Below the pieces are notes generated by a model. That model worked only from the letters and a program-made list of their open reading frames with translations, searched no databases and had not been told where the DNA came from. A stretch of 64,000 bases of DNA from Chiloscyllium plagiosum (Eukaryota). Below, piece by piece: positions 63,303-64,000 of the stretch. The DNA lies in NCBI RefSeq assembly GCF_004010195.1, contig NC_057719.1, forward strand, positions 47,231,227 through 47,295,226. Reading direction: 5' to 3'. Made by a program: the position numbers and the translations under genes. Within the stretch, counting starts at the first letter, position 1. The number at the start of each line of letters is the position of its first letter.

Positions 63303-64000
63303 GTTTAGGTCTCCCTTTATTCCATGAGCAATGGTTAGATTTTGTCTTGTTGGAAATGGTCATTACCTGGCATTTGTGTTGCATAAATATCACTTGCCCT
63401 TTTTCAGCCCAAGCAGATCTTGTTGCATTCAGTATCTGAGAAATTGCTAATGGTATTGAACATTGTGCAGTCATCAGTGAATGTCCTGATTTCTGATCTT
63501 ATGATGGAGGGAATGTCATTTATCAAGCAGCTGAAGATGATGGGACCAAGGACACAACCCTTGAGAAATGCCTGTGGAGATATCCTGGAGCTAATATGAC
63601 TGATCTTCAACTGCCACAACAATCTTCCTATGTTTCAGATATGATTCCAACCAGTGGAGAGTTTTCTTCCTGATTCCCATTGTCTCCAATTTTGCTAAAG
63701 TTTCTTGATGTCACACTCAGTCAAATGTGATCTTGTTATCAAGGACAATCACACATACTTTACACCGGAATTCAGCTCCTGTGGTCACTGGAAACAACTC
63801 CCCTGAACTTCTTTGAAATAATCCTTTAGGATATTTTGCTTCCACCTAGGTGGCAGAAGCGGCCTCAGAAATTCCCTGAAATATGGTACACTTTGCTGGC
63901 AGTATAACTAACATTTTCTGCCTGATTCTGCTTTCTTCAGTTTCTCATACATGTACTGCAATGTCCCCATATCTGCTTCCAGATTTCCTAAGTGTGTTCT

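Noticed and set aside
63841..63858. CCACCTAGGTGGCAG as a fourth CTCF site
   Set aside because: It has an extra base relative to the core spacing and cannot be supported without PWM scoring.

Overview
Vertebrate genomic DNA, most likely from a cartilaginous fish (inferred from HE1-type tRNA SINEs and HER1/CR1 LINEs), with two N-gaps. It holds two complete, intact, convergent (tail-to-tail) spliced genes that the ORF track mostly misses. CDKN3/KAP (+ strand) has 7 coding exons at 14831-37949 giving 207 aa, plus a probable non-coding exon 1 and CCAAT/CHR promoter near 7.0-7.1 kb. CNIH1 (- strand) has 5 coding exons at 61295-40022 giving 144 aa. The rest is dense, often nested transposon debris: Tx1/L1-clade, CR1, Rex1/Babar, Gypsy and solo LTRs, Tigger-like MITEs, HE1 SINEs and Penelope-like elements (PLEs). 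The most interesting signal is a set of small TSD-flanked, often fold-back, PLE-derived elements from several families that carry minimal hammerhead-ribozyme cores (CUGANGA...GAAA-NN-UH) on one or both strands. Other notable points are a His->Gln change in the CDKN3 phosphatase signature, an inverted-repeat element carrying convergent CTCF-like motifs, and an identical 189-bp direct repeat flanking one CDKN3 exon. All TE family names come from recognising motifs by eye, not from a database search.
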